A DNA stretch of 42,935 nucleotides from a bacterium (GTDB lineage Bacteria > Margulisbacteria > Marinamargulisbacteria > CANKTL01), in NCBI GenBank assembly GCA_947486405.1, contig CANKTL010000002.1:1-42935 (forward strand). The letters run 5' to 3'. Positions 1 to 9,193 of this stretch are shown piece after piece (the stretch's first letter is position 1; every line of letters starts with the position of its first letter). Made by a program: the position numbers and the translations under genes. Below the pieces are notes generated by a model that was not told the origin of the DNA, made no database searches, and saw only the letters and a program-made list of their open reading frames with translations.

Positions 1-1
1 A

Positions 2-574
2 GGCGCCAAATTGGGTGAAAAAGGCATATATATTTCGATTGATGAGCGACCCGATCACGTGGTCATGGACGCCGAATCCTTAGGCCTAAACATCCAACCT
101 TTTTTAGAAAACGGCCAAATTCAAATTATTGATGTCACTAAATATTTTTCGACCTCTGAAATTGGGGATAAAGGCATTTCAATTACACGGATTGTGGACG
201 ATATCCTGGGCTTTGTAAAAAAATCGGGGGCCACACGCTTGGCCGTCGATCCAGTAGCGCCGCTGGTCTTTGCCGAGAAAAATATTCCCCAGGTTGCTGA
301 ATATATTCGGCAATTGGTATTTGCGGTTGAAGATACTGTCGGCTGCACCACATTATTGACCTCTTATGTGCCGGTGGGCTCTGAAAAATTCAGCCAGCAT
401 GGCATAGAAGAATTTGCGGCATCCGGGATTGTTCTCCTGCGTTTGCGCCAAAAAGAAAATCAAATTATTCGATCGTTGTGGGTGCGGAAAATGCGCGGAA
501 CCCGAATTGATTTGTCGGAATATAGTTTTGAAATTTTGCCGGCCCGTGGGCTGGTGTTGCGTCAGCCAATTTAA
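2..574 (+). CDS. KaiC-like RecA-superfamily ATPase domain protein, C-terminal part (5' end outside the window)
   Basis: The frame is open from nt 2 (GAK precedes the TTG at 11). GEKGIYISIDERPDHVVMDAESLGL...GCTTLLTSY...WVRKMRGT resembles the region after Walker A in KaiC/RadA-type ATPase domains. No Walker A is present, so the N-terminus is missing. Stop TAA at 572-574, 3 nt before the next gene. Confidence 0.6.
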   Translation, partial: GAKLGEKGIYISIDERPDHVVMDAESLGLNIQPFLENGQIQIIDVTKYFSTSEIGDKGISITRIVDDILGFVKKSGATRLAVDPVAPLVFAEKNIPQVAEYIRQLVFAVEDTVGCTTLLTSYVPVGSEKFSQHGIEEFAASGIVLLRLRQKENQIIRSLWVRKMRGTRIDLSEYSFEILPARGLVLRQPI

Positions 575-577
575 ACA

Positions 578-1702
578 ATGCCGAAAATTTTAGTTGCCGA
601 TGATGAGACCAATATTTTAATGCTAACCGGCGTTATGCTGCGTGAAGCCGGCTATGAAGTTATTAAAGCCAGCAATGGGCAAGAGGCCGTTGATTTGGCC
701 ATATCCGAGCAGCCAGATTTGATTATTACCGATGTCATTATGCCCAAAAAAGACGGCTTCGAAGTGTGTAAAACGGTGCGAAATACCGCCTCAATTTCAG
801 ACACTCCCATCATTATTTTGTCCGCAATGGGCGATGAATACAACAAAATCACTGGCTTTGATGAAGGTGCCGACGATTACGTCACGAAGCCGTTTAGCTC
901 AGAAGAATTAAAAGCCCGCGTGCGTGCATTGTTGCTGCGGTATCAAAGTCGGAACCGAGCCTCTGCCGCCAAACCCAGCGTTTCCCGCCAAGAACCCCAT
1001 CCCGAAGCCCCGGAAATCGACCGCATTTCATCGGGTGTGCCCGAGTTGGATGATCAACTCTATGGTGGCATTCCCACGGGCTCAAATATCTTGGTGATGG
1101 GACCGATTGGTTCAGGAAAATCAAGCTTTTCACGGCGGTTCTTGGCCGAAGGACTGCGCAATCATGAGCGCAGTTTGTTTGTTGCCATTGATGATGACCC
1201 CAAATTAGTGCGCAAAACCATTTCATCGTTTTTAGAAAAGCCGGTCGCGGAATATGAACAGTATGGCTTTATGCGACTGGTAGATGCCTATAGTTGGAGC
1301 GCATTTAACGAAACCGACCACGAAAGCTTTGCGATTAATGGGATTTTGGAACTCAACCAATTGTCTGGTGTCATTTCAGATGCTGGATACGAATTGGGCC
1401 AAACCATTCAAAACAAGCTGGGCGGCCGACGGGTCATTGATTCCATTTCCAGCTTATTGGTGAATTTCGAATTGCCTTCGGTGCAACGGTTTATGAGTCA
1501 AATTGCACGCACCTCCCACTCCTTTGGTGGCGTGACAACCTTGTTTATATTGGAGGCCGGCACGGTGTCGGATCAGGTCTTAAACAACATCAAATATATT
1601 ATGGATGGTGTGATTGAATTTGGAGACGACAAAGGCCTGCGGTCCGTCCGCGTCGCGTCGATGAAATGGACCCAATATGTCACTGATTGGCGGGCCCTAT
1701 AA
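578..1702 (+). CDS. Response-regulator receiver domain fused to a KaiC-like ATPase domain
   Basis: Canonical receiver residues are present: ILVADDE, DLIITDVIMPKKDG, IIILSAMGD, DDYVTKPF. After a Ser/Pro-rich linker comes a KaiC-like domain with GVPELDDQLYGGIP and Walker A GPIGSGKS. Confidence 0.8.
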   Translation: MPKILVADDETNILMLTGVMLREAGYEVIKASNGQEAVDLAISEQPDLIITDVIMPKKDGFEVCKTVRNTASISDTPIIILSAMGDEYNKITGFDEGADDYVTKPFSSEELKARVRALLLRYQSRNRASAAKPSVSRQEPHPEAPEIDRISSGVPELDDQLYGGIPTGSNILVMGPIGSGKSSFSRRFLAEGLRNHERSLFVAIDDDPKLVRKTISSFLEKPVAEYEQYGFMRLVDAYSWSAFNETDHESFAINGILELNQLSGVISDAGYELGQTIQNKLGGRRVIDSISSLLVNFELPSVQRFMSQIARTSHSFGGVTTLFILEAGTVSDQVLNNIKYIMDGVIEFGDDKGLRSVRVASMKWTQYVTDWRAL

Positions 1703-1706
1703 GTCC

Positions 1707-3035
1707 ATGCAGGCCATAATTTTAACCGGTGGAAATGGCGCACTGCTTCGGCCCCTCACTTTTTCAACGCCCAAGCCCTTATTACCGCTACTTAATCAAC
1801 CTATTTTGCAATACATCATTCGACTGTTGATTCAGCAGGAAGCCAGCGAGATCATCGTAGCGGCTAATTATCGAAGTGAGCTGGTATTTTCCTGGATTAA
1901 CCAGCAACAGTGGCCGGTTCCGGTGCGCGGGCACGCCGTGGACGAATATAGGGGGAGCGCCCAAGTACTTTGGGACATGCGCGATCAACTTGCTGAGCGA
2001 TTTTTGGTTATTTTTGCAGACACCTTAGTAGATTTGCCAATGAAAGTCGCGTTTGACGCATTTTCAGAGTCAGGGGCCGCCGTTTGGATGGGACTCAGTG
2101 CGGACTCGGATCCGTTTTCACCGGCGTCACTGCGGGTACAGGACGGCGTGGCAACCGCGCTGATTCCGGGCCCATTAGAGAGTGGCTCGACGGCGACGGA
2201 TTTGGCCAGTGATGGGCGCTTTTATTTTTTAACCCGCGACGTGATTACCCAATATGGGGAAACCACGGCCAATATATTCCCTGATGTGGCGAGTGAGTTG
2301 ATAACCGCGAACGGCAGCATGCCGGTTGTGGCGGCCCCAGGGTTTTGGTCGGTGTTGGGCCGGTTAGAGCCCTACCTGGACGCGAATTTTACGCTCTTGT
2401 CTCAGCTGGGGATATCGTACGTGGATCCACGCGCAACAGTTCACCCTAGTGCCGTCATTCATGGCCCCGCGTTAATTGGTCCCGACTGTCACATCGGTGA
2501 AAACAGCGTGGTTGGGCCCTATGTGGTGATGGGACCGAATATTCAGGTCGGCTCTGACACGACAATTCAACATAGTATGGTGTTCACCGCAGTTCGCATT
2601 GGTGCAGGAGTTCATATTGATCGCTCGGTGATCGGTTTCTCTGCAACGGTTGAAGAAGGCGTTAGCATTGCGCCTCTGTGTATTGTGGGGGCCTATACCT
2701 GCATCGGCGCCAATTCAAAGTTAGCCTCGGGAAGCCGAGTTGGGCCCAATTTATCGGTCGCCCCTGATAGCCACATCGCCGACATTTTGTTTCCGCCCGA
2801 TCCCCTCAATGAGGATAACGATAACACTCAGAGCGCCCAGTATAAGGGCCTGGCCGCAATTGAATATGATGTGTTTAGGGTGATATCTCTTACGGGAGAT
2901 ATCACCGCCGCTCAAATTGCACTAAAGCTGGACTTGCCCAGTGAGTCCGTTATTCCAATTCTAAGTACGCTCGTACACCGTTCGCTGTTGATTCGCTCCG
3001 AATCGGGTGAGACTCGATTTAGTGTTCGTCCTTAA
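1707..3035 (+). CDS. Sugar-phosphate nucleotidyltransferase with a hexapeptide-repeat (left-handed beta-helix) region and a C-terminal winged-helix-like tail
   Basis: N-terminal signature ILTGGNGALLRPLTFSTPKPLLPL. Hexapeptide-like run IGENSVVGPYVVMGPNIQVGSDTTIQHSMVF..IGAGVHIDRSVIG..VEEGVSIAP. The tail ITAAQIALKLDLPSESVIPILSTLVHRSLLIRS looks like a wHTH. ATG 1707 is preferred over ATG 1677, which overlaps the upstream gene; the start is uncertain. Confidence 0.7.
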   Translation: MQAIILTGGNGALLRPLTFSTPKPLLPLLNQPILQYIIRLLIQQEASEIIVAANYRSELVFSWINQQQWPVPVRGHAVDEYRGSAQVLWDMRDQLAERFLVIFADTLVDLPMKVAFDAFSESGAAVWMGLSADSDPFSPASLRVQDGVATALIPGPLESGSTATDLASDGRFYFLTRDVITQYGETTANIFPDVASELITANGSMPVVAAPGFWSVLGRLEPYLDANFTLLSQLGISYVDPRATVHPSAVIHGPALIGPDCHIGENSVVGPYVVMGPNIQVGSDTTIQHSMVFTAVRIGAGVHIDRSVIGFSATVEEGVSIAPLCIVGAYTCIGANSKLASGSRVGPNLSVAPDSHIADILFPPDPLNEDNDNTQSAQYKGLAAIEYDVFRVISLTGDITAAQIALKLDLPSESVIPILSTLVHRSLLIRSESGETRFSVRP

Positions 3036-4248
3036 GTGCAGATGCTTCGCTGCCTTGCGCAGGGGTCATTAATTCGTTTAGCCGCGCTGCCACTTGGGCC
3101 ATTGTCCAGCTTTCCGGCGTTTCCCAAAGTGATTTGATCAGCGCCAAATAGCCCTCACCATAATGGGAACGCAATGAGCGATTCTCCGCGTTTAAAAAAT
3201 GGCTGATCGAAACATCCTCCCCCTCCAGAACATCAGCCAACAATCTTGCGTATGACTGAATCTCGTCTCGAAACCCTATTTCTCTGGTTTGGCCAAAAGT
3301 TAAACTATTCGAATTCTGAAATTGATGTGTTGACCAATATTTCCTAATCCCCCGAACCTGGTTTCGGAGCGGGTCACGGAATTCATCTTCAGAGCCACCA
3401 GGACCATGAACCATATAGGCACATTCAAAATCCAGGACCCGAAGTCCTGCAATTTTGCCCGATTCCGGCTCAATCTCTACCAAAAAATTGCTGGTATTCA
3501 AATCATTTTGGACGACGCCCCCCCTATTTAACTCCGCCAATGCCAAAGCTATCAAATAGACAATTTCCTTTTTCTGCTGCACAAGCTGGCCGCGTTTTTC
3601 AGGTATTCCCCACTCATGCTCGTTTAATGCAAGCACTTGATTCAACGGCACTCCCGGCAGTCGCTCCATCACAATATGACCGATGTCTAAATGGTCTGGC
3701 CCTTTACTTCGATACCAGCCGTAAATGTGCGCCACGCGTCCTGGGGCTGCCAGTTGCGCCATTTGTTGGATCAAAATAGACCTCACAAACATGATCCAGT
3801 CCCAACATTTTTCAAGGCCCTGTGAGCTCGGATTATATAAGGTACTTTCCTTGTCCACGGCGTCCACATCTTCAACCGTTATCGGAGGCCGGCAACTTTC
3901 AATTCGCGCGTGTGCCTCGATTGCCGAAGAAATATGCCCTTTTCCGACTTCAATAACCCCTTTTTCAACAACTACCAAATGATCCTTGCTTGGGGACCTC
4001 AAAACCGGATTTTTCCCATGAAAAAGCATCCCTTGCCGCCGCAAGGGAAAATACATCTTCAATTCCTCACGGGTAGACTCATGATGCTCCGGCAATCCCG
4101 AAACCTCTACAAGCAGCCGCAATCGGTCTACTGTATCTGTCGGAATAGTCTTGCTTGAGCTAAGTGGCCTGGGGCTTATTGAAAAAAGTCTACTCCGCGT
4201 TATGACAGGTGACCTTGCAGGTATGGCAATTTGTTTATATTGATTCAT
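3019..4248 (-). CDS. Atypical protein-kinase-like fold protein, tandem paralog 1
   Basis: 409 aa ORF with SD AAGGAG upstream. Kinase-like layout: glycine-rich EVGKGHIS, hinge-like IVMERLPG, catalytic-loop-like GGVVQNDLNTSNFLV (canonical HRDLKPxN), and VLDFECAY (canonical DFG). Roughly half the residues are identical to the 4404-5645 product by eye. Confidence 0.6.
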   Translation of the reverse strand: MNQYKQIAIPARSPVITRSRLFSISPRPLSSSKTIPTDTVDRLRLLVEVSGLPEHHESTREELKMYFPLRRQGMLFHGKNPVLRSPSKDHLVVVEKGVIEVGKGHISSAIEAHARIESCRPPITVEDVDAVDKESTLYNPSSQGLEKCWDWIMFVRSILIQQMAQLAAPGRVAHIYGWYRSKGPDHLDIGHIVMERLPGVPLNQVLALNEHEWGIPEKRGQLVQQKKEIVYLIALALAELNRGGVVQNDLNTSNFLVEIEPESGKIAGLRVLDFECAYMVHGPGGSEDEFRDPLRNQVRGIRKYWSTHQFQNSNSLTFGQTREIGFRDEIQSYARLLADVLEGEDVSISHFLNAENRSLRSHYGEGYLALIKSLWETPESWTMAQVAARLNELMTPAQGSEASALKDEH

Positions 4249-4281
4249 ACTCGAACTCCTTTTCGTATTATTTATCTGGTC

Positions 4282-4320
4282 CTAAGAAACATGCGGCGTC
4301 GCAGCAGCCAAAAACACAGA
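4282..4320 (-). pseudogene. Relic of the last 12 codons plus stop of dinG, carried along by the tandem duplication
   Basis: The minus strand reads tct gtg ttt ttg gct gct gcg acg ccg cat gtt tct tag (SVFLAAATPHVS*). The true dinG end at 5677-5715 reads gaa gtc gtg ttg gcg gcg gcc aag cac cac gtt tct tag (EVVLAAAKHHVS*). That is 26 of 39 nt identical, and the block sits at the same distance from the downstream ATG. Confidence 0.6.
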
Positions 4321-4403
4321 CTGACATGATTACGTGCACATCCGAGAGCCTATCACAAAAAGTACGCCGCGATCACGCTCGGGCAATGATACTTGCTTTA
4401 TCT

Positions 4404-5645
4404 CTAAACAATAGACACAGTTCTGGACGGTGCCTTGGCGCTGGCAGAGCGCGCTCTAGGAGTCATGAGCTCCTGTAGCTGGTCTGCGATTTGCGACATG
4501 GTTAATGAAGTAGGATTAGACCAAAGTGTTTGAATCAATTCCAAATAGCCCTGGCCATAGCGACTTACCACTATTTTTCTCTCCTGGTCGCTTATCAGGT
4601 AAGGACTGACAAATTCACCGACAAATATTTCTAACAAAAGTTTTGAAAATGATTGAATTTCATCCTTAAATCCAATATCAACCACTGCTTTTACGGTCAG
4701 TATACGGCTTTGATCTGCGGATACATAGTTTCTTATACCAAAAATTTCGTTTCGAAGCGGGTCGTCAAATTTGTCATCCACTCCACCGGGGCCATGCACC
4801 AGATACGCGCATTCAAAATCCAGCACTTTAGTACCCAGAAGGGTACCCGTGTCAGGATCGATGTCCACCATAAAATTGCCTGGATTTAAATCGTTTTGAA
4901 CAACGCCTCCCCGATGCAATTCCGCCAATGCGACCGCAATTTCGCAAACAATTTTTTTTCGAAGCGCGACGATTTGCGATATATCTTTACCCGAGCGCCA
5001 TTGTTCATTTTGATTGGTCAACAGTTGCTTTATCGTGATTCCAGGTAGCCGGTCCATAATAATATGGCCCATATCGTCGTTTCCGCCATCTCCACACTTT
5101 GTGCGATACCAGCCATGAATGTGAGCCACTCGCTGTGGTGCTACTTGTTGTGCAATTTCCTGAATTAAAATCGATCTCACAAACGTGATCCACTCCCAAT
5201 ATCGATTAGGTCGGGTCGATCCCGCTATAAATATATGTGATGATTTGTCGATAGTATCAATAGATTCAGCTATGTCCCGTCCATGTACCGGTACGATCCG
5301 GGCACGCGCGCTCATCGCAACTGAAATATGGCCTTCCCCCACTGCTTCAAGGCTCGTATGAAGGACCACCAAATGGTCATGACTAGGCGATTTTACAACC
5401 GCCTGATCCTTTGCAGAGCGAAAAAAAGAGCGCTTATTCAAGGGAAAATAGGCTTTCAACTCAGTCCGGGTTTTCCCATCATCCCGATCGAGTGTTGAAA
5501 CGGTGTACAGCAATGCTAGCCGCTCCCTGGGATCTGTCGGTATTTCCTGCCGTGATTTAAGTGGTGCTGGGCCAGCCGAAAAAAAACGCCTTAGTCCACT
5601 CTTAGACTCTCCTGCAGTCACCGCAATTTTTTTGTACTGAATCAT
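4404..5645 (-). CDS. Atypical protein-kinase-like fold protein, tandem paralog 2
   Basis: 413 aa. Same motif set as paralog 1: AVGEGHIS, IIMDRLPG, GGVVQNDLNPGNFMV, VLDFECAYLVHGPGG, DPLRNEIFGIR. It starts 31 nt after the dinG stop. Confidence 0.6.
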   Translation of the reverse strand: MIQYKKIAVTAGESKSGLRRFFSAGPAPLKSRQEIPTDPRERLALLYTVSTLDRDDGKTRTELKAYFPLNKRSFFRSAKDQAVVKSPSHDHLVVLHTSLEAVGEGHISVAMSARARIVPVHGRDIAESIDTIDKSSHIFIAGSTRPNRYWEWITFVRSILIQEIAQQVAPQRVAHIHGWYRTKCGDGGNDDMGHIIMDRLPGITIKQLLTNQNEQWRSGKDISQIVALRKKIVCEIAVALAELHRGGVVQNDLNPGNFMVDIDPDTGTLLGTKVLDFECAYLVHGPGGVDDKFDDPLRNEIFGIRNYVSADQSRILTVKAVVDIGFKDEIQSFSKLLLEIFVGEFVSPYLISDQERKIVVSRYGQGYLELIQTLWSNPTSLTMSQIADQLQELMTPRARSASAKAPSRTVSIV

Positions 5646-5676
5646 ATCCGAACTCCATTTCTTTTTTATTCTTGTC

Positions 5677-8349
5677 CTAAGAAACGTGGTGCTTGGCCGC
5701 CGCCAACACGACTTCTAAACTTCCCTCTACCAATTGATACTCTGAAATCTCGGCCAAAAATACCGACCGATACGATTGCGTATACAGACGGGAATCTAGC
5801 ACAAAAAGAACGCCCCGATCCCGCTTAGAACGAATCAGTCGGCCAATGCCCTGTCTAAACTTAATCACGGCCTGAGGCAAATAATAATCTCGAAACCCGT
5901 TGCCCCCCTCTAAATGGATGATATTTTGGCGCGCCTGCAATACCGGGTCGCTGGGCACAGGGAATGGCAATTTCACCATAATCACGCAGCTCAGAGCTTG
6001 ACCGGTGATATCCACACCCTCCCAAAAACTGTCCACGCCCAACATCACCGCGCGTCCTTTTTCAGCTTTAAACCGCGCAATAATACTTTCTTTTGGGCCT
6101 GATAATTGTTGGCAATACAGGGGAATATTGGCGTCGCGCATTGCGTCCCGCATGCGGTGATAGACGGCCTTCATTTGTTTAATTGAGGTAAACAGCACCA
6201 ATGAATTGCCGCCCAAATGAGTCACAATAGCCATCACTTGATTGGCCACATCGGAATCGCGCTCAACGCCAGATACCTTGGCGTGAATCGCCTGCACTGC
6301 ATAGTTAAACTCAGTGCCAAATATTCGAGTTTCCACCGGCTTACGGCAGCGATCTAAGCCCATCTGAGACACAAAATAATCCAGCTTTCCGCTGACCGAC
6401 ATCGTCGCCGATGTAAAAATTACCGCCGATTTTGCAGCCAGCACTTCGGATTCAATAATGCGTTGGCACCGCAACGGCGCTGACAAAATCTCGAAAAAAT
6501 CCCGCCGCGAGCCCGGAATACGCTCTACCCACAGCACATGACCCGGATCGGGATTCTCTATTGCCGCGATATCCGCACGCATGGTGGCGATCTCTTCTTT
6601 TAACGCAATCCAACTGGCCACGGGCATTGAGGGATCGTTAGCCCGCGCTTCAGCCAAGCTACCTATTTTTTTCAGCAACTCATCCATCGTGTTAAGTGTT
6701 TTGGTAATCGACTGCCATTTTTTGGACAGCATCACCTCATCGGTAATCCCGATTTGTATTACGCCACGCTCAACATCTTCCTGCCCGGTTTCAGTTATTT
6801 TTTTCAGATGCTCCTGCAACTTTGTTTTCCGTGCCCGAAATTGCTGCCATTCCGTGTGCACTTCGGACAGACCGCCGCCCCAGGTATCAGCGATCAGATT
6901 GACCACTTCGGCCACTCGGTCCGGCCCCAGACGCCGTGTAAATGCCCCTGTAACCGCGTCCGCAAAACTGTGTGCCTCATCAATCACCAAAAACCGATAA
7001 GCCGGCAGCACGGCGTTATCTGCCGCGACATCCGACAACACCATAGCGTGATTGGTAATAATCACATGCGCCCCCTGTGCTTTTTGCCGCATTCGGGCCA
7101 CAAAACACTTGGAATTGCGCGAATAATCAATGGGTTTAAAGCGCCGAAATGCCAACATCGACGCAAAACGCTGATACAAACTCGGATGAAGCTCCGACAA
7201 ATCCCCGGTTTCGGTCAATAACACCCAGCGATATACGGCCAAATACTCAATCACCGGTACCATTCGCACTCGCGAGCGCATCCCCGCAATCATCTCATCC
7301 AAAAATTCAATATCAACAAAGTTTTCCTTGCCCTTCACCACGGCCACTTCAAACCCAAAGGGAATGATGCGTCGCAACGTGGCAATGTCCTGGTCCACCA
7401 ACTGCGATTGCAAATGCTTGGTCTTGGTCGCCACCACCACGGGTGTACCGCTGGCCAAGGCGAAATAAATCGAGGGAATCAAATATGCCATCGACTTCCC
7501 AATTCCCGTTCCCGCCTCCAGCACCGCGTGATGCTCGTCATATAGGGCATCTGCTACTTCAGCCGCCATTTCTTCCTGCTGGGGCCGTTCTTCAAAATTC
7601 CCCAAAATAGATTTCAGTCCTACCACACCCGTTAAGCACTCGGCTGCTTCCGCCCGCCAATCCTTAATCTCGGGTCGCGCCGCAATTTCGTCGCGAGTCA
7701 GGTTCGGCAAATAGTCTTTGTAATCAAAACTACGAATTGCGGTCACATCAGGACAAAAATGGGTAAAGACCGCTTTTAACCCGGGCTTGTTATCGCCCAA
7801 TACGCGGGTGGCCTCGATAAACACCAGCGGATCCAGCCGCCGCAGGTCAACAAACATTCGCAACATAATTTCAGCCAATACCGCCGCATCAGCCAAGGCC
7901 CGGTGGCTTTCAGCAAATTCAATTCCCAACGCGGTCGCAAATAATGCCAGCTTATGGCTACCGAAATTGGGATACAAAATCAGCCCCAAATCTCGGGAAT
8001 CAAAATAGGGGTTTTCAAGAATCGGGCGACTCAGCCGCCGCAACTCGGTATTCACCATTTTAAGGTCAAATTCAACGTTGTGGGCCACAAAGTAACTGTC
8101 TCCAATAAAGGCCAACACGTCTTCCACAATATCCGCAAACTGCGGCGCGGTGACTAAATCTTCATTGGTGATGCCGGTTAAATACTGCACATAAGGGGGG
8201 ATTTGCCGCTCTGCGCGAACCAAGGACGAGTATTGCGCGACAATCTGTCCATCTTGCACCCGCACCATACCAATTTCTATGACTTCGTTGAGCTCAGGTG
8301 TCAGGCCCGTAGTTTCAACGTCGACACAGACAAAAGTGGGAAAATGCAC
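5677..8349 (-). CDS. dinG: DinG-family ATP-dependent helicase with an N-terminal DnaQ-like 3'-5' exonuclease domain
   Basis: GTG start. Exo motifs VDVETTGL, HNVEFDLKM, HRALADA. SF2 helicase Walker A AGTGIGKS and DEAH box VIDEAHSF. 890 aa. Confidence 0.9.
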   Translation of the reverse strand: MHFPTFVCVDVETTGLTPELNEVIEIGMVRVQDGQIVAQYSSLVRAERQIPPYVQYLTGITNEDLVTAPQFADIVEDVLAFIGDSYFVAHNVEFDLKMVNTELRRLSRPILENPYFDSRDLGLILYPNFGSHKLALFATALGIEFAESHRALADAAVLAEIMLRMFVDLRRLDPLVFIEATRVLGDNKPGLKAVFTHFCPDVTAIRSFDYKDYLPNLTRDEIAARPEIKDWRAEAAECLTGVVGLKSILGNFEERPQQEEMAAEVADALYDEHHAVLEAGTGIGKSMAYLIPSIYFALASGTPVVVATKTKHLQSQLVDQDIATLRRIIPFGFEVAVVKGKENFVDIEFLDEMIAGMRSRVRMVPVIEYLAVYRWVLLTETGDLSELHPSLYQRFASMLAFRRFKPIDYSRNSKCFVARMRQKAQGAHVIITNHAMVLSDVAADNAVLPAYRFLVIDEAHSFADAVTGAFTRRLGPDRVAEVVNLIADTWGGGLSEVHTEWQQFRARKTKLQEHLKKITETGQEDVERGVIQIGITDEVMLSKKWQSITKTLNTMDELLKKIGSLAEARANDPSMPVASWIALKEEIATMRADIAAIENPDPGHVLWVERIPGSRRDFFEILSAPLRCQRIIESEVLAAKSAVIFTSATMSVSGKLDYFVSQMGLDRCRKPVETRIFGTEFNYAVQAIHAKVSGVERDSDVANQVMAIVTHLGGNSLVLFTSIKQMKAVYHRMRDAMRDANIPLYCQQLSGPKESIIARFKAEKGRAVMLGVDSFWEGVDITGQALSCVIMVKLPFPVPSDPVLQARQNIIHLEGGNGFRDYYLPQAVIKFRQGIGRLIRSKRDRGVLFVLDSRLYTQSYRSVFLAEISEYQLVEGSLEVVLAAAKHHVS

Positions 8350-8352
8350 CCG

Positions 8353-9144
8353 CTATCGCACTGAAAACGCGATTGTTTGTTGGATATTCCCGTTAAATCC
8401 GTACCGCATTCCATAATTCACGATTAATTCAATTTCGTAATCCCCAGGGGTCAATGTCATCGCAGTTAAAAATTCACGACTCATTTTGCCCAAAATCGGC
8501 CAGCTTCGCGTAATATCTCCGCTACTCACCTTATCGCGGCTAACAAACGGCCAAAGGCCACCATATTTATACAACGAATAGGTAACCACTGGTCGGTCTT
8601 GTACCGAGCCATCATTACGCAGCACCAACTTGGTCTGCTTGGTGTCTTTTAAATAGGTGAAAGAGTCAATTGCCATCGCGTGGGTTTCCAGAGCAGGCAC
8701 GCTGACATAAATGGGGATACCAAAGGCCAATCCAATCATAATTCCCGACTCAGTTTTGCCAGGCTTGCTTTCAAGCTGCTCGGTCACCACCAACTTGGCG
8801 GTGTATTCTGCTTGGGTATTGCTGGTCACTAAGATTTCATACGGAATCGTTAACTTCCCGCCATTTTTCTTGGTTTTCTTCACCGAAGAGACGGTTTTAA
8901 TCCAGCTTAAATTGCGCGGAGCGGTGTCATCCGACCGAGAATTCCCCTTGGCATCAATCGTAAACGGTTGAACACTAATGTCTACCCCAGCTTGTTCGGT
9001 TTCAACAGTCACTACCCCAGTAACTTTTTGGCCGGGATTCGCCTGAATTTCCATGATGTCGGGGGACGCTGACATGGCTGATAGATGAATCGGCATCCCG
9101 ATTATCATTAGCGCCAGAATCAAAATTTGCACTATTCGCGTCAT
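8353..9144 (-). CDS. Secreted two-domain beta-sandwich-like protein of unknown function
   Basis: Signal peptide MTRIVQILILALMIIGMPIHLSA. Two segments have alternating beta-strand patterns (PGQKVTGVVTVETEQ.. and TKLVLRNDGSV..LTPGDYEIELIV). The stop lies 3 nt before the dinG GTG. Confidence 0.55.
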   Translation of the reverse strand: MTRIVQILILALMIIGMPIHLSAMSASPDIMEIQANPGQKVTGVVTVETEQAGVDISVQPFTIDAKGNSRSDDTAPRNLSWIKTVSSVKKTKKNGGKLTIPYEILVTSNTQAEYTAKLVVTEQLESKPGKTESGIMIGLAFGIPIYVSVPALETHAMAIDSFTYLKDTKQTKLVLRNDGSVQDRPVVTYSLYKYGGLWPFVSRDKVSSGDITRSWPILGKMSREFLTAMTLTPGDYEIELIVNYGMRYGFNGNIQQTIAFSVR

Positions 9145-9193
9145 TTTAACTACTGTAGCGAACAGTGCCGCAATCTATCAAGAATTAAATTAC

